Positions 9,638 to 19,494 of a stretch of DNA of 64,000 nt are shown here, one piece after another. The position numbers and the translations under genes were made by a program. The notes under the pieces were generated by a model. The model did not search any database and was not told where the DNA came from. It was given only the letters and a program-made list of their open reading frames with translations. Source of the DNA: an uncultured Oligoflexus sp. (GTDB lineage: Bacteria > Bdellovibrionota_B > Oligoflexia > Oligoflexales > Oligoflexaceae); contig CAXSGP010000002.1 of the NCBI GenBank assembly GCA_964236955.1, positions 65,665 to 129,664 on the forward strand. The letters run 5' to 3'. Position 1 is the stretch's first letter. Every line of letters begins with the position of its first letter.

Positions 9638-10496
9638 AAATTTCGGGGCGCCTATTGCTGAGAGCAGGCAAACGCGCCCGTACGGCTGCGATGCGTTCCA
9701 GACTTATTTCGGCCAGAGCCACGCCAGGCGTTCCCCCTGTATTCGCCAGCACATAGCCCCAGGGATCAACGATCATCGCATGACCATAGCAGCTCTTACC
9801 CGGAGCGCTCTCTCCAACTTGATTCGAGGCAAAGACATAGGCCTGCTGCTCGATAGCGCGCGCCCGAAGCAGGACCTCCCAATGATCCATTCCCGTTTGC
9901 GTGGTAAACGCTGAGGGCAAAAGTATCACGTCAAGCGGCTTATCTTTAGCCAGGCGCTCATAGAGGCGAGGAAAACGCAGGTCATAACAAATCGAAAGAC
10001 CCACGTTATAGCCTTCGATCTCGAGCGTCACGAGCTGGTTGCCGCTGAGAAATCCGTCGGATTCGCAGTAGAGGGGCCTACCGCCCGGATCCATCAGATT
10101 GAAAGGATGGGTCTTGCGATATTTAGCAAGTTTTTGCCCATCTCGGCCAAAGACAAAGGAGCTGTTGTAGACCCGCTTTAAGCCCGTGCGGCCATCAGGC
10201 CCCACCGCCTCATCCGGCCGAGGTCGTTCGCCAAAGCTGCCCGCAAAAAGGACGATCGAAAGTTCTTTGGCCACATGGGAAAGGGTCTTCACCAAAGGCC
10301 CGTCCTCCTCCTCCCCATTTGCATAGATAGCATCATAGGGACCAATATAGGTGAAGACTTCAGGCAGGAGCACCCAGTCGGCACCCCTCGCCGCGGCTTC
10401 ACGCACCCACGCCAGGGCATCTTTTACATTTTGAGTCTTGTCGGCCCCGCTTGTCATACAGACCGTGGCCAGCCTTAGTTTTTTAGACACTGACAT
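9630..10496 (-). CDS. carbon-nitrogen hydrolase (nitrilase/Nit1 deaminated-glutathione amidase family)
   Basis: Glu-Lys-Cys triad in LPEVF, YRKTH and ICYDLRFP; also HWEVLLRARAIE and GHAMIVDPWG. Confidence 0.9.
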   Translation of the reverse strand: MSVSKKLRLATVCMTSGADKTQNVKDALAWVREAAARGADWVLLPEVFTYIGPYDAIYANGEEEDGPLVKTLSHVAKELSIVLFAGSFGERPRPDEAVGPDGRTGLKRVYNSSFVFGRDGQKLAKYRKTHPFNLMDPGGRPLYCESDGFLSGNQLVTLEIEGYNVGLSICYDLRFPRLYERLAKDKPLDVILLPSAFTTQTGMDHWEVLLRARAIEQQAYVFASNQVGESAPGKSCYGHAMIVDPWGYVLANTGGTPGVALAEISLERIAAVRARLPALSNRRPEIYE

Positions 10497-10497
10497 A

Positions 10498-11493
10498 TTA
10501 AAGCTCCGGGAGAACGATTTGATGATCGACACCAAAAATCCATGTGAGGAGAGCCACCCGCGTCCACATACCGTTTCGTTCCTGACGCCAGTATTTGGCC
10601 CGTGGATCGGCATCGATCGCGACGTCCAGTTCGGCCCTTCTGGGCAGGGGATGCATAATGATGGCTTTTTCTTTCATGCACTTGAGATGCTCATACTTAA
10701 GGTGAAAGCGACCATAATCGACTTTCTTCGATTCACCCTCGACGTCATACTCATCCTGCACGCGGGTCATGTAAACGGCATCGGCAACCCGAAGCGCATC
10801 CTGCAGATGATCGGTTTCCTCGAATTTAATTCCGGCCTTCTGCAGCTTGCTGCGGACGTCATCGCCGATGCGATACTCATCCGGCGAAACAAATACGATT
10901 CGAGAATCTTGATAATTGGTGAGCAGACCACTCAAAGAGCGGATGGTTCGTCCCCGCTTGAGGTCGCCGACCATGACTATGGTTTTGCCATCGATCCCAC
11001 CTTCGCGGAAGAAGCTGCGGTTGAGCGTGTAGATGTCAAGCAAGGCCTGGGTTGGGTGCTCGTCAGGACCGCTGCCGGCGTTGATAATAGGTACGGGTCG
11101 TTCGCTCTCATCAAGAATCGCAGCGATGCGATTGCATAGTCCCGGCACGGCCGTGCGCATGATAATCATGTCGACATAACTTGAAAAGGTCTGCAGAGAA
11201 TCTTCGATACTCTCGCCTTTCCGTTCTGAACTCGTTGCCGAATCCCGAATCTCGTTGGTCGACATGCCAAGAATCTGCGCCGCCGTTTGAAAGGAGAGAA
11301 AGGTGCGGGTCGATGGCTGCGTGAAATAAAGCATCACCCGTTTATGAGCAAGAAGGCCACGCAGGTAAAGCAGGCCTTCCTTGGATTTATCAAAGCGTCG
11401 AATGGTATCGGTAAGAAGACACATATAATCGAGAAAGCGACGATCGAACTGCGATGAGTTCAAAATATGTTTGGGCCCGGTTTCAAGATCCAT
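10498..11493 (-). CDS. pyrB: aspartate carbamoyltransferase catalytic subunit
   Basis: PSTRT, INAGSGPDEHPTQALLD, GDLKRGRT, YMTRVQ and MHPLPR motifs. Confidence 0.95.
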   Translation of the reverse strand: MDLETGPKHILNSSQFDRRFLDYMCLLTDTIRRFDKSKEGLLYLRGLLAHKRVMLYFTQPSTRTFLSFQTAAQILGMSTNEIRDSATSSERKGESIEDSLQTFSSYVDMIIMRTAVPGLCNRIAAILDESERPVPIINAGSGPDEHPTQALLDIYTLNRSFFREGGIDGKTIVMVGDLKRGRTIRSLSGLLTNYQDSRIVFVSPDEYRIGDDVRSKLQKAGIKFEETDHLQDALRVADAVYMTRVQDEYDVEGESKKVDYGRFHLKYEHLKCMKEKAIIMHPLPRRAELDVAIDADPRAKYWRQERNGMWTRVALLTWIFGVDHQIVLPEL

Positions 11494-11505
11494 GAGTGTT
11501 GTCCC

Positions 11506-12531
11506 TTATGCTTGGAAGCGAACGCTGGCTTCGCCTTGACCTGCGACGATCTTACCGATTTTTACCGCAGTCAGTTTGCTTTCAGCGCAGGCTTTGATAA
11601 AGCTGTCAGCGGCTTCGGGTTTCACAGCGGCAATCATACCGGCTCCCATATTGAAGACTCCCTCGACGCTGGCAAACGAAGCATCATGCTCATCGAAGAT
11701 CTCCTGCATCCACGCCGGGGTGGGGATAGCCTTGGGATCGATTTGCGCCACCACATTTTCCGGCAGGACGCGCGGGAGATTTCCCGAAATACCGCCACCG
11801 GTGATATTGGCCAAAGCATGCACACTGCCCCAGGGCAAGGTCTTTAATATCTGCGGCAGCTCCCAATAGATCCGGGTTGGGGTTAGAATTTTTTTGATGC
11901 GTTCTGGGCTGGCGCCTTTGGTCTTGAGCCATTTCCTGAGTAGCGAAAAGCCATTGCTATGAAATCCTGAACTCTCGAGGGCGATTAAAACATCGCCTTT
12001 CTGCACAAGTGAGGCTTCCAGCCGCTTGGCGCCATCGACAACGCCAACGACAAAGCCGGCAAGATCGAAGTGCCCTTTTGCATAGAGCCCGGGAAGTTCT
12101 GCGGTCTCGCCGCCCAGCAGGGCCGTATCACATTGCTTGAGGGCATTGCGTATTCCAGCCAGAACCGCTTTGAATTGGCCTTCATCGAGTATGCCCGTGG
12201 CATAGTAATCGAGAAAGAACAGCGGCTTCCCGCCGACCGTATAGAGATCATTCACGCACATGGCGACGAGGTCAAAGCCTAGCCCCTCCAGTTGTCCCTC
12301 TTCAATGGCCAGGAGCACCTTGGTCCCCACGCCGTCGGTGCCAGTGACCAGCAGGGGATCTTCCATACCCTTAAAATCGGGGCGAAACAAAGCTGCAAAA
12401 CCACCGATACCCGACACGACTTCGCCGCCTTTGGTACCGATACTGCCACTGCCTTGCAACCAATCGACCAGGGCATCCCCCTTTTCCACGTCGACGCCCG
12501 ATTCTTTATAAAGGTCTCTACTGTCAGCCAT
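11506..12531 (-). CDS. purM: phosphoribosylformylglycinamidine cyclo-ligase
   Basis: YKESGVD, GTDGVGTK, DLVAMCVND, GGETAELPG, SSGFHSNGFSL and NITGGG motifs. Confidence 0.96.
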   Translation of the reverse strand: MADSRDLYKESGVDVEKGDALVDWLQGSGSIGTKGGEVVSGIGGFAALFRPDFKGMEDPLLVTGTDGVGTKVLLAIEEGQLEGLGFDLVAMCVNDLYTVGGKPLFFLDYYATGILDEGQFKAVLAGIRNALKQCDTALLGGETAELPGLYAKGHFDLAGFVVGVVDGAKRLEASLVQKGDVLIALESSGFHSNGFSLLRKWLKTKGASPERIKKILTPTRIYWELPQILKTLPWGSVHALANITGGGISGNLPRVLPENVVAQIDPKAIPTPAWMQEIFDEHDASFASVEGVFNMGAGMIAAVKPEAADSFIKACAESKLTAVKIGKIVAGQGEASVRFQA

Positions 12532-12534
12532 TGC

Positions 12535-13248
12535 TTAGTCCTCTTCCGTAAGAGTCGAATGATTGGGGGAAGGTCGAAGGTCTTCGGACCTAGGTTCGGG
12601 ATCAACTGAATCCATAAGAGGAACGGCGTCCAGCAACTGTATCAGCGAGCAGACCCAGCTCGTCTGGAGGGGGAGGGGCGCATGGGTTTCATAAAATAAT
12701 GTGCGGCCGCGCAAGGATTCCAAATCAAAGAGCGCCGGTGCCTGCACCTCTGCGCGCAGCCAGAGAATGCCACCATCCTGAACCAGGAGTGCCAGGGCTA
12801 AATCTTCTGGACTGCGGCAGTCTAGAATTGCGGGCAGTCCATAGTCGCGCCCGACCTCAACGAGGAACTGCAAACTGGCTTGGTCGTGCTTTCGCACGTC
12901 CAAGGTATAAGCATCGGCACCCATGGCGCGTGTCTCTAAGACCTGCTCTTCGGTGCTGATGGCATCGAGCCGCCAGATGGGTCGGATTCTGTCGCTTTGC
13001 TTCCAGGCCCGAAAGGCATTCGCACTTGCCGTCTCACCGACGCGTTCGACGACGAGTTCGACAGCAGGCAAAATCTTCCCAGTCGCGATTCGCGCCAGGG
13101 AGGTGTTGGGAAAGTCTTGGGGAGAAAGGCGCCGGACGGGGGGGGCAGCTTGGATAAGACCGCGCAGTTTTTCACGGTAGCGAATACGTTCCCGCCCCTT
13201 CTTGCCAGTGCTCGAGGGGTCGAAAAGATGGTCGAGAAATCCGCTCAT
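12535..13248 (-). CDS. indole-3-glycerol-phosphate synthase (TrpC)-like protein, catalytic residues apparently lost
   Basis: PIWRLDAISTEEQVLETRAMGADAYTL...GLPAILDCRSPEDLALAL resembles TrpC PVLRKDFI.D.YQ..EAR..GADA.LL...LVEVH..EEL..AL. Confidence 0.6.
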   Translation of the reverse strand: MSGFLDHLFDPSSTGKKGRERIRYREKLRGLIQAAPPVRRLSPQDFPNTSLARIATGKILPAVELVVERVGETASANAFRAWKQSDRIRPIWRLDAISTEEQVLETRAMGADAYTLDVRKHDQASLQFLVEVGRDYGLPAILDCRSPEDLALALLVQDGGILWLRAEVQAPALFDLESLRGRTLFYETHAPLPLQTSWVCSLIQLLDAVPLMDSVDPEPRSEDLRPSPNHSTLTEED

Positions 13249-13312
13249 ACTTCACACCTCATTCGACAAGGCGAATAAATTCAGTATAAACAGTCGCTTG
13301 CCTCTAGCTATC

Positions 13313-13339
13313 TAAAGTTTTGACAGCGGGTGCCGATGC
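13313..13339 (+). promoter_or_regulatory. sigma-28-type promoter
   Basis: TAAAGTTT-N11-GCCGATGC. Confidence 0.65.
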
Positions 13340-13402
13340 GACTTTTAAGAAGTTAAACCTGTGCCTCGGCCAAGGACAAAGTCCATGGGATCAGTTCCAT
13401 AC

Positions 13403-14260
13403 ATGAATAAAAACCGCTTCATAATGGCTATGTTTGCAATGCTTGCAGCACCTACAAACCATAGTCTCGGAGACGTTGTCTATAAGAAAGTCTCGACTCT
13501 GCGCGTCAATCCGCGAGACGACGAACCGGCTCTGGTGTCCACGCCCTATCCACCGCCATTTAATGACAATATGTTTCGCATCACCAAACTGCAAAACAAC
13601 GTAAATTCCCTTACCGTTCTCATTGACGGCGGCTTCGACAGGGGCATGCTTCCGGGAACAATTCTCAAAGCGCAAAGACCCTATATCAGTCCCTCCGGAG
13701 TCCCTGAATATATCCCTGTCGCACGGCTCAAGGCCATCCAGGTGCGCGACACCTACACCTTGGCAGAAGTCCTGACCAACGGTTCCCTCGATTCGCAGAT
13801 ACACTTCAGCGATTATCCGGAACTGATGGTCGGCGATCGCGCCGAGCCTGAGACGATAGCGATCGCGACACGTATCCAGCTCCTGCCGATACTTTCCTGG
13901 ACCTATAAAAAACTTTTTGTCGATCCGAAGAGCAATCCGGGCAACTTTGAACTCACCACCGAAGGCCGACAGAGTCTGCTCGCCAGAGCTCAGCTCTTCA
14001 CTGCGGTGCACGCGCCGCTGCTTCTGGTCGAGGCCTATACTGACAGCCACGGCGATCGAGCGACCAATCAGATGGAATCTTACCAGCGCGCGCTCACCGT
14101 TCGCCAAACGCTGATCGATGAATTGGCGATTGATCCCGATCGCATCGTGGCGATAGGAATGGGTGAGTCGGAGGCTGAACTCAACGCTGATCTTCCGGGT
14201 GCCGAAGATGAAGCGCGGCGCATCATAGTCAAGGTAAAAAGCCTGCCGCAGGGCAATTGA
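13403..14260 (+). CDS. exported OmpA/MotB-like peptidoglycan-binding domain protein
   Basis: Signal-like N-terminus; C-terminal VEAYTDSHGDRATNQMESYQRALTVR...IVAIGMGE. Start could also be 13361 or 13385. Confidence 0.8.
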   Translation: MNKNRFIMAMFAMLAAPTNHSLGDVVYKKVSTLRVNPRDDEPALVSTPYPPPFNDNMFRITKLQNNVNSLTVLIDGGFDRGMLPGTILKAQRPYISPSGVPEYIPVARLKAIQVRDTYTLAEVLTNGSLDSQIHFSDYPELMVGDRAEPETIAIATRIQLLPILSWTYKKLFVDPKSNPGNFELTTEGRQSLLARAQLFTAVHAPLLLVEAYTDSHGDRATNQMESYQRALTVRQTLIDELAIDPDRIVAIGMGESEAELNADLPGAEDEARRIIVKVKSLPQGN

Positions 14261-14371
14261 ACGTGACTATCGAAACGATAATCTTGTATCCATTTTTTTG
14301 GTGTTGTTGCATCATGCCTCTATGAAGTCAACTTTGCCAAATCGACTCACAATGGATAGTGACAATAGCCC

Positions 14372-15580
14372 ATGAAAGTCCCTCTCTTCCCTGTGATTGC
14401 GACCGCTATTCTATCCCTCGTCGCCGCTTGGTTCGGCATGAATTGGGCGGCGAAAGTCTCGAGTTCGGAGACTCGCGCAACGGAAACTCTGCTTCGCCCC
14501 ATAGCCGAATACGAACCCACTTTCGGGGTCGGGATCAGCGAGCAGATGCTGGTTAAAAAGCAGGGTATTTTTTTTATGAAGGCGCTGCTCGCCAGCAATG
14601 CCCGCGTCTATATCTTTGTGTCGGCCGACCGTCGGGACGAGATCGACAAACTCTTGCGCAATTCCCCCCTGCTGCACGGCATGGAGCGTGAATCCATAGT
14701 GAAAATCCAGCTCGAGCATGAATCGATGTGGGTCCGGGACTACTTCCCGATTCCCATTCTAAAGGCCATTCCGCACCTCGTGCCAACGCCGAGTTTCGTC
14801 GACTTCGTCTACCGAGATGGCAATACGCTTGACGATGCCGCCATACATCAGTTCGCTCTGGCAATCAACCTCAGCGTTGAACACCTGCCGATAGTTTTGG
14901 ACGGCGGAAACTTCATGACCAACGGTGAGACTTGTGTTCTCAGCGAGGAAGTTTCCGAAGATCCCGAAATACTGCTTTTAAATTCACCAGAGCCCCCGTT
15001 AGAGTCAAACCTGGAGTCGATCTTTCGATCGTCGCTGGGCTGTCGCAAAACAATTATTGTTAGCCAAATTCCTCATCCTCACGTAGATATGTGGATGAAG
15101 TTTCTCAACAAGACGACCCTAGTCGTGAACCGCATCGATCCAGCTGCAATCAAAGCCAGCACTGGACTCGGCGTGGCGGAGCGGGAAAAGGCCGAGAAGA
15201 TTGCCCTTGAACTGGATAGGGCAGCCGAGCTTTTGTCAAAGTCCTTCGAAGTTGTGCGTATGCCGATGGCAGTACCAACAGCTGCTGCATTTATGACCTA
15301 CACCAATGCGGTGATCAGCAATGGCAAGGTAATCGTACCGCGCTATTCCAAGCTGTTCGTCGCCAACGATAAGGGTCGCACGGCCAAGGTACTTGAGACA
15401 TATGAACAGGAAGTCGAGCAGATCTATAGGCACTCCGGTCTGGACGTCACGTTTATCGATGCGAACGACCTGATTGGCGATGGTGGCGCTTTTCATTGCG
15501 TCACCTTTCATTTGCCTGATCTCGATGCGATTTCCAAAGACAAGGGATATCTGGCAATCAAGCCCACGACGAAACCTTAA
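14372..15580 (+). CDS. agmatine/peptidyl-arginine deiminase family protein with N-terminal signal or anchor
   Basis: AEYEP, WVRDYFP, LDGGNFMTNG, HVD and GGAFHCVT (catalytic Cys). Confidence 0.85.
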   Translation: MKVPLFPVIATAILSLVAAWFGMNWAAKVSSSETRATETLLRPIAEYEPTFGVGISEQMLVKKQGIFFMKALLASNARVYIFVSADRRDEIDKLLRNSPLLHGMERESIVKIQLEHESMWVRDYFPIPILKAIPHLVPTPSFVDFVYRDGNTLDDAAIHQFALAINLSVEHLPIVLDGGNFMTNGETCVLSEEVSEDPEILLLNSPEPPLESNLESIFRSSLGCRKTIIVSQIPHPHVDMWMKFLNKTTLVVNRIDPAAIKASTGLGVAEREKAEKIALELDRAAELLSKSFEVVRMPMAVPTAAAFMTYTNAVISNGKVIVPRYSKLFVANDKGRTAKVLETYEQEVEQIYRHSGLDVTFIDANDLIGDGGAFHCVTFHLPDLDAISKDKGYLAIKPTTKP

Positions 15581-15609
15581 TTTGAAGCGATTGAACGAGG
15601 AGAGCTTCC

Positions 15610-16230
15610 ATGATGCATCCCGACACCAACCTGAAATGGGTTAATGACGAAATCGGTTTTGGCGTTTTTGCAACGCAATTTATACCGAAAGGAACCGCGG
15701 TCTACGTACGGGACGCTCTGGAGGTTAAGGTGGAACGCAACGCTGCGCTCTTGAAAAATCCGGCCTACCAGGAAATCATCACCAAGTATTCCTACGTCGA
15801 TGCCAAAGGCGATTATATCCTCAGCTGGGATCATGCGCGTTTTGTCAATCACTGCTGCTTTCCAAGCTCCATCACGACCGGCTATGGCTTTGAGATCGCC
15901 ATCCGCGATATCAATGAAGGGGAGGAGATCACCGACGATTATGGTCTGTTGAATATCGAAGAGGACATCCCCCTGTCCTGCAGCAAGCCTGGCTGCCGCA
16001 AGGTGGCCCGAGCGGGTGACTTTGATCATAACGTTGAGCGATGGGATAAAATCGTCAAAGACGCCCTTGCGCGCTTTAACCTTCATGATCAACCGCTGAT
16101 GAAATTTATGGATCAACAGACCATCCATCAGCTGACGCTGTACCTTGAAAAGGGCAAGCCCTACCTGTCGGTACGGACCCAAAAATTTATGGCCGAAAAT
16201 TATAAGTCGGATCTTTTTATTGCCCGTTAG
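15610..16230 (+). CDS. SET domain protein (lysine methyltransferase family)
   Basis: GFGVFATQFIPKG, ARFVNHCC.P, AIRDINEGEEITDDYG and post-SET C..P.CR. Confidence 0.9.
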   Translation: MMHPDTNLKWVNDEIGFGVFATQFIPKGTAVYVRDALEVKVERNAALLKNPAYQEIITKYSYVDAKGDYILSWDHARFVNHCCFPSSITTGYGFEIAIRDINEGEEITDDYGLLNIEEDIPLSCSKPGCRKVARAGDFDHNVERWDKIVKDALARFNLHDQPLMKFMDQQTIHQLTLYLEKGKPYLSVRTQKFMAENYKSDLFIAR

Positions 16231-16345
16231 GCAGCTCATCCCAGGCAAAAGCTAGCAAAGGTCAAATGCGTCGTAATAGCATAGATGAAGTTTAGTCTTT
16301 CGCCGTGCTACAATGGCACTTTATATACCGAAGGGTCATTTCTCT

Positions 16346-17620
16346 ATGGGCGCATGGCTTGCAATCGATTTTGGAACATCAAATTCATTGGTCGCAGGTG
16401 CTGACGCCCAGGGTATCTTACCGCCGATTCCTATCGATCCCAGTTCGCCTGATCCCACCATAATGAAGAGTGTGCTTTATTCTCTGCGTCGCAATGAGTG
16501 GTCGGTCGGCAATGAAGCGATTTCCCTCTACTATGAGGCGGGAGCGGAAGGTCGGGTCCTCAAGTCACTGAAAAAATTCTTGCCCGATCCTTCGTTTCAG
16601 GGAACACAGATCCATGGTCAATTTTATTCCCTGGAAGATCTTCTGTCCCGCCTCTTAAAAACGATGCGCGAGCGTTCGCAATCCTATCTTGGTCAGGAGC
16701 TGAACCGGGTGGTCCTCGGTCACCCAGCGCTCTTTTCGCCCCTGCCAGAAGCGCATCAAAGGGCCCTGGCACGCCTGGAAAAGGCCGCGCAGATTGCGGG
16801 CTTTAGCGAGGTCGTCTTTTGCCCGGAACCTGTTGCCGCTGCACACAATTTCGCTAAAAGTCTAAAATCGGAAAAGATTGTTTTGGTCGCCGATTTCGGC
16901 GGAGGCACCAGCGATTTTACTATCATTCGTTTAAAGCCCGAAGGCTTTTCCGAGGGTGATGTCTTGTCGCTGGGCGGTATCTCGTTGGCCGGAGATGCCT
17001 TCGATGGGACGATCATGGAACATGCCGTTGCGCCTTTTTTTGGCTCCAAGATCAACTTTCGCATGCCGATGGGCTCGAACACCTTAAACCTCCCCAAGGC
17101 CCTGATTCGCAAGCTTTGCTCGCCTGCCGACCTGATGCTTCTCGGCAAAAAAGAATATATCGAGTTTTTCCGTAACCTCCAGCAGTGGTCGCTCGACAAG
17201 TCGGACTCGCTGGCGATCGAAAGGCTGGAGCTTTTGATTGAGGAGCGCCAAGGCTACCATCTCTTTGAAAGTATAGAAGATGGCAAGAAGATGCTGTCGT
17301 CGCAACAAATCGCCAATATCAATTATCAATATCCCGGTATCGATCTTAACCTCAATTTTGACAGAGTCGAATTTGATCTCTTTGCCTTAAAGACGATTGA
17401 GGCGATACTGGGAGCGCTGGATAAGACGCTCGCTGATTCGGGCTTAGCCTATTCCCAGATCGATATCGTCTGCTGCACCGGCGGAACGGCCAGAATACCG
17501 GCTCTGCATGAGGGTCTGGCCCAGCGGCTGGGTGCAGAAAAGCTCGAGCATCACCTCCCCTTTCATGCGGTTGTGAATGGGCTTGCGGAAAAGGCTTTCC
17601 AGCTTGCTAAAAAAAGTTGA
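16346..17620 (+). CDS. Hsp70 family protein (YegD-like, ATPase domain only)
   Basis: IDFGTSNS, EPVAAA, VADFGGGTSDF and TGGTARIP; no substrate-binding domain. Confidence 0.9.
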   Translation: MGAWLAIDFGTSNSLVAGADAQGILPPIPIDPSSPDPTIMKSVLYSLRRNEWSVGNEAISLYYEAGAEGRVLKSLKKFLPDPSFQGTQIHGQFYSLEDLLSRLLKTMRERSQSYLGQELNRVVLGHPALFSPLPEAHQRALARLEKAAQIAGFSEVVFCPEPVAAAHNFAKSLKSEKIVLVADFGGGTSDFTIIRLKPEGFSEGDVLSLGGISLAGDAFDGTIMEHAVAPFFGSKINFRMPMGSNTLNLPKALIRKLCSPADLMLLGKKEYIEFFRNLQQWSLDKSDSLAIERLELLIEERQGYHLFESIEDGKKMLSSQQIANINYQYPGIDLNLNFDRVEFDLFALKTIEAILGALDKTLADSGLAYSQIDIVCCTGGTARIPALHEGLAQRLGAEKLEHHLPFHAVVNGLAEKAFQLAKKS

Positions 17621-17671
17621 TGCCTTCGTTGCGGTGACAGGGTCAAGGCGGAGACTCCAAGGAGCTTTACA

Positions 17672-19090
17672 GTGACTTTCGATCTTGACCTCTATCGTTC
17701 CGCTTTGCGGGCCCGGCCCTCACCCCTGGCCATGCTCCAGCCCAAGGGCGGCTATCGCCCGATCCCAGCATCGATCGATCCCCTGATTGTCGAAGACAGC
17801 ACCTGGGCTGCCATCGCCCAGGCGAGTCGGATCGCCTTGAAGGGCATGAAGGCACTCGTCGCCCGCCTGCGGCAACCCGAGCACTTTGCGCGATCTCAAA
17901 AAATCTATGCCGAACTTAACCCAATGGAGCAGGCGGCAGCCTTTGCCTCAGATCCCTCGCCTCTTGCCACCGCCCGCTTTGACCTCTTCTTTGATGCGGG
18001 TGGGCTAAAAATCATAGAGGCCAATGCCACAATACCGGCGATGCAGGCCTACAGCGATATCGTGCGCAGCGCGTGGCTCGCCGCCTCCGGCTTCCCCGAC
18101 AGCAGCTCGCCCAATTGTGAGGAGCTCCTTGCTTCATTGCTCTATCTGCACCATCACGCCCGGCATGGCTTTCCGGAAAGCCGCGGGGCTATCACCGCAC
18201 CCCCTTCCCTGAAGCCGCGCATTGCAATCGTAGCTCGCAGTGGCGACGCCCAAACCGCCGAGCTATTGCACCTGCAAACGCTATGGCGAAAAAAAGGCCA
18301 TCACGTTGATGTACTGGTACCTGACCAGCTTGAGATCGTCGGTAAAAAATTGCGACGCAAGGGTGAAGTGCCTTCTGAAGCTTATGACCTTGTCTATCGC
18401 CACATCTTCGCGTCGCGCCTCGATCCTTCCAGTGACTTTGCCAAGGCTCTGGTGCAAAACCAGGTTTTTCAAATCTTTAACCCCATCGCCGCCCATCTGG
18501 AAATCAAGGCTATTTTCGCCGAATTAAGCCGTTTTGCTGACGACGAGGCGCTCTCTGCCAGCCTCGGTCTTACGCCAACCGAGCAGGGGATACTGAAGGC
18601 GCATGTGCCCTGGACCCGAATCCTTGAAAAATCGACTCTGGATCAAGCCCATGAGGCCTGGCAGGCTCGAAATGCCCGAGACTATGTGGTCAAGAGCAGC
18701 AGCGGCTATGGAGGGCATGCGGTCTACATGGGTTCACATTTTCAGGAACCATCCCATCAGGAGCGTATCAAAAATCTGCTGCAGACGACCCAACCGGTAA
18801 GTTGGAACGATTTCCTTGACTCCTGCGCTGCCGATCCCAAGGGACTTTGGATAATTCAGCGACGAATGGAAGGCCTTCGGATGAAACATAGAATCTTATA
18901 TGATAATGTCGTCGAGCAAGAGTCCTATGTCGATGCTTCCATTTTTGTCTCGGCCCATTCTATGCCACGCGGTGGGGCTTCGCGCTTCGCAGTCGATCCT
19001 ATCGTCAACCTTGGGCAGGGAGGAGGCCTCATCCCAATGTTCCTTCGAAGCGAATACTTGTCGCTGATGAAGATTTCGCAAAAACAGTAA
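17672..19090 (+). CDS. circularly permuted ATP-grasp / glutathionylspermidine-synthase-like ligase
   Basis: ARFDLF...KIIEANATIP, VVKSSSGYGGHAVYMG, WIIQR and VNLGQGGG; AAGGAG RBS before GTG. Confidence 0.7.
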   Translation: MTFDLDLYRSALRARPSPLAMLQPKGGYRPIPASIDPLIVEDSTWAAIAQASRIALKGMKALVARLRQPEHFARSQKIYAELNPMEQAAAFASDPSPLATARFDLFFDAGGLKIIEANATIPAMQAYSDIVRSAWLAASGFPDSSSPNCEELLASLLYLHHHARHGFPESRGAITAPPSLKPRIAIVARSGDAQTAELLHLQTLWRKKGHHVDVLVPDQLEIVGKKLRRKGEVPSEAYDLVYRHIFASRLDPSSDFAKALVQNQVFQIFNPIAAHLEIKAIFAELSRFADDEALSASLGLTPTEQGILKAHVPWTRILEKSTLDQAHEAWQARNARDYVVKSSSGYGGHAVYMGSHFQEPSHQERIKNLLQTTQPVSWNDFLDSCAADPKGLWIIQRRMEGLRMKHRILYDNVVEQESYVDASIFVSAHSMPRGGASRFAVDPIVNLGQGGGLIPMFLRSEYLSLMKISQKQ

Positions 19091-19113
19091 TTTGCCTCAT
19101 CGAAAGGCTGAGT

Positions 19114-19494
19114 ATGAGCACGGACAAAAACGTTAAGGTGGTAATTCTGGGACTCTCCGACGACCCAAACCGCTATGCATATAAAGCCGCTCAAAGGCTT
19201 AAGGAAAGCTCTTTTCCTAACGTGATGGGTATCCACCCCTCGGGCAAATCAGTGCTAGGGATCCCAGTCCTGCAATCTTTGGCAGAGCTTACCGAACCCG
19301 TCCACACTCTGACCATCTACCTCAACCCGGCTCGCATCGACCCTTTGTTTGAGGCGATCCTCAAAGCCAGGCCCAAGCGCATCATTTTCAATCCAGGCAC
19401 CGAACATCCTACTCTTATGCGTATCGCCAAACAGAAGGGCATCCAGGTCGTTGAGGCCTGCACTCTCGTTCTTCTGGCTTCCAAACAGTTTTGA
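19114..19494 (+). CDS. CoA-binding protein (YccU-like)
   Basis: VVILGLSDDPNRYAYKA, TLTIYLNP, IIFNPGTE and EACTLV motifs. Confidence 0.9.
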   Translation: MSTDKNVKVVILGLSDDPNRYAYKAAQRLKESSFPNVMGIHPSGKSVLGIPVLQSLAELTEPVHTLTIYLNPARIDPLFEAILKARPKRIIFNPGTEHPTLMRIAKQKGIQVVEACTLVLLASKQF

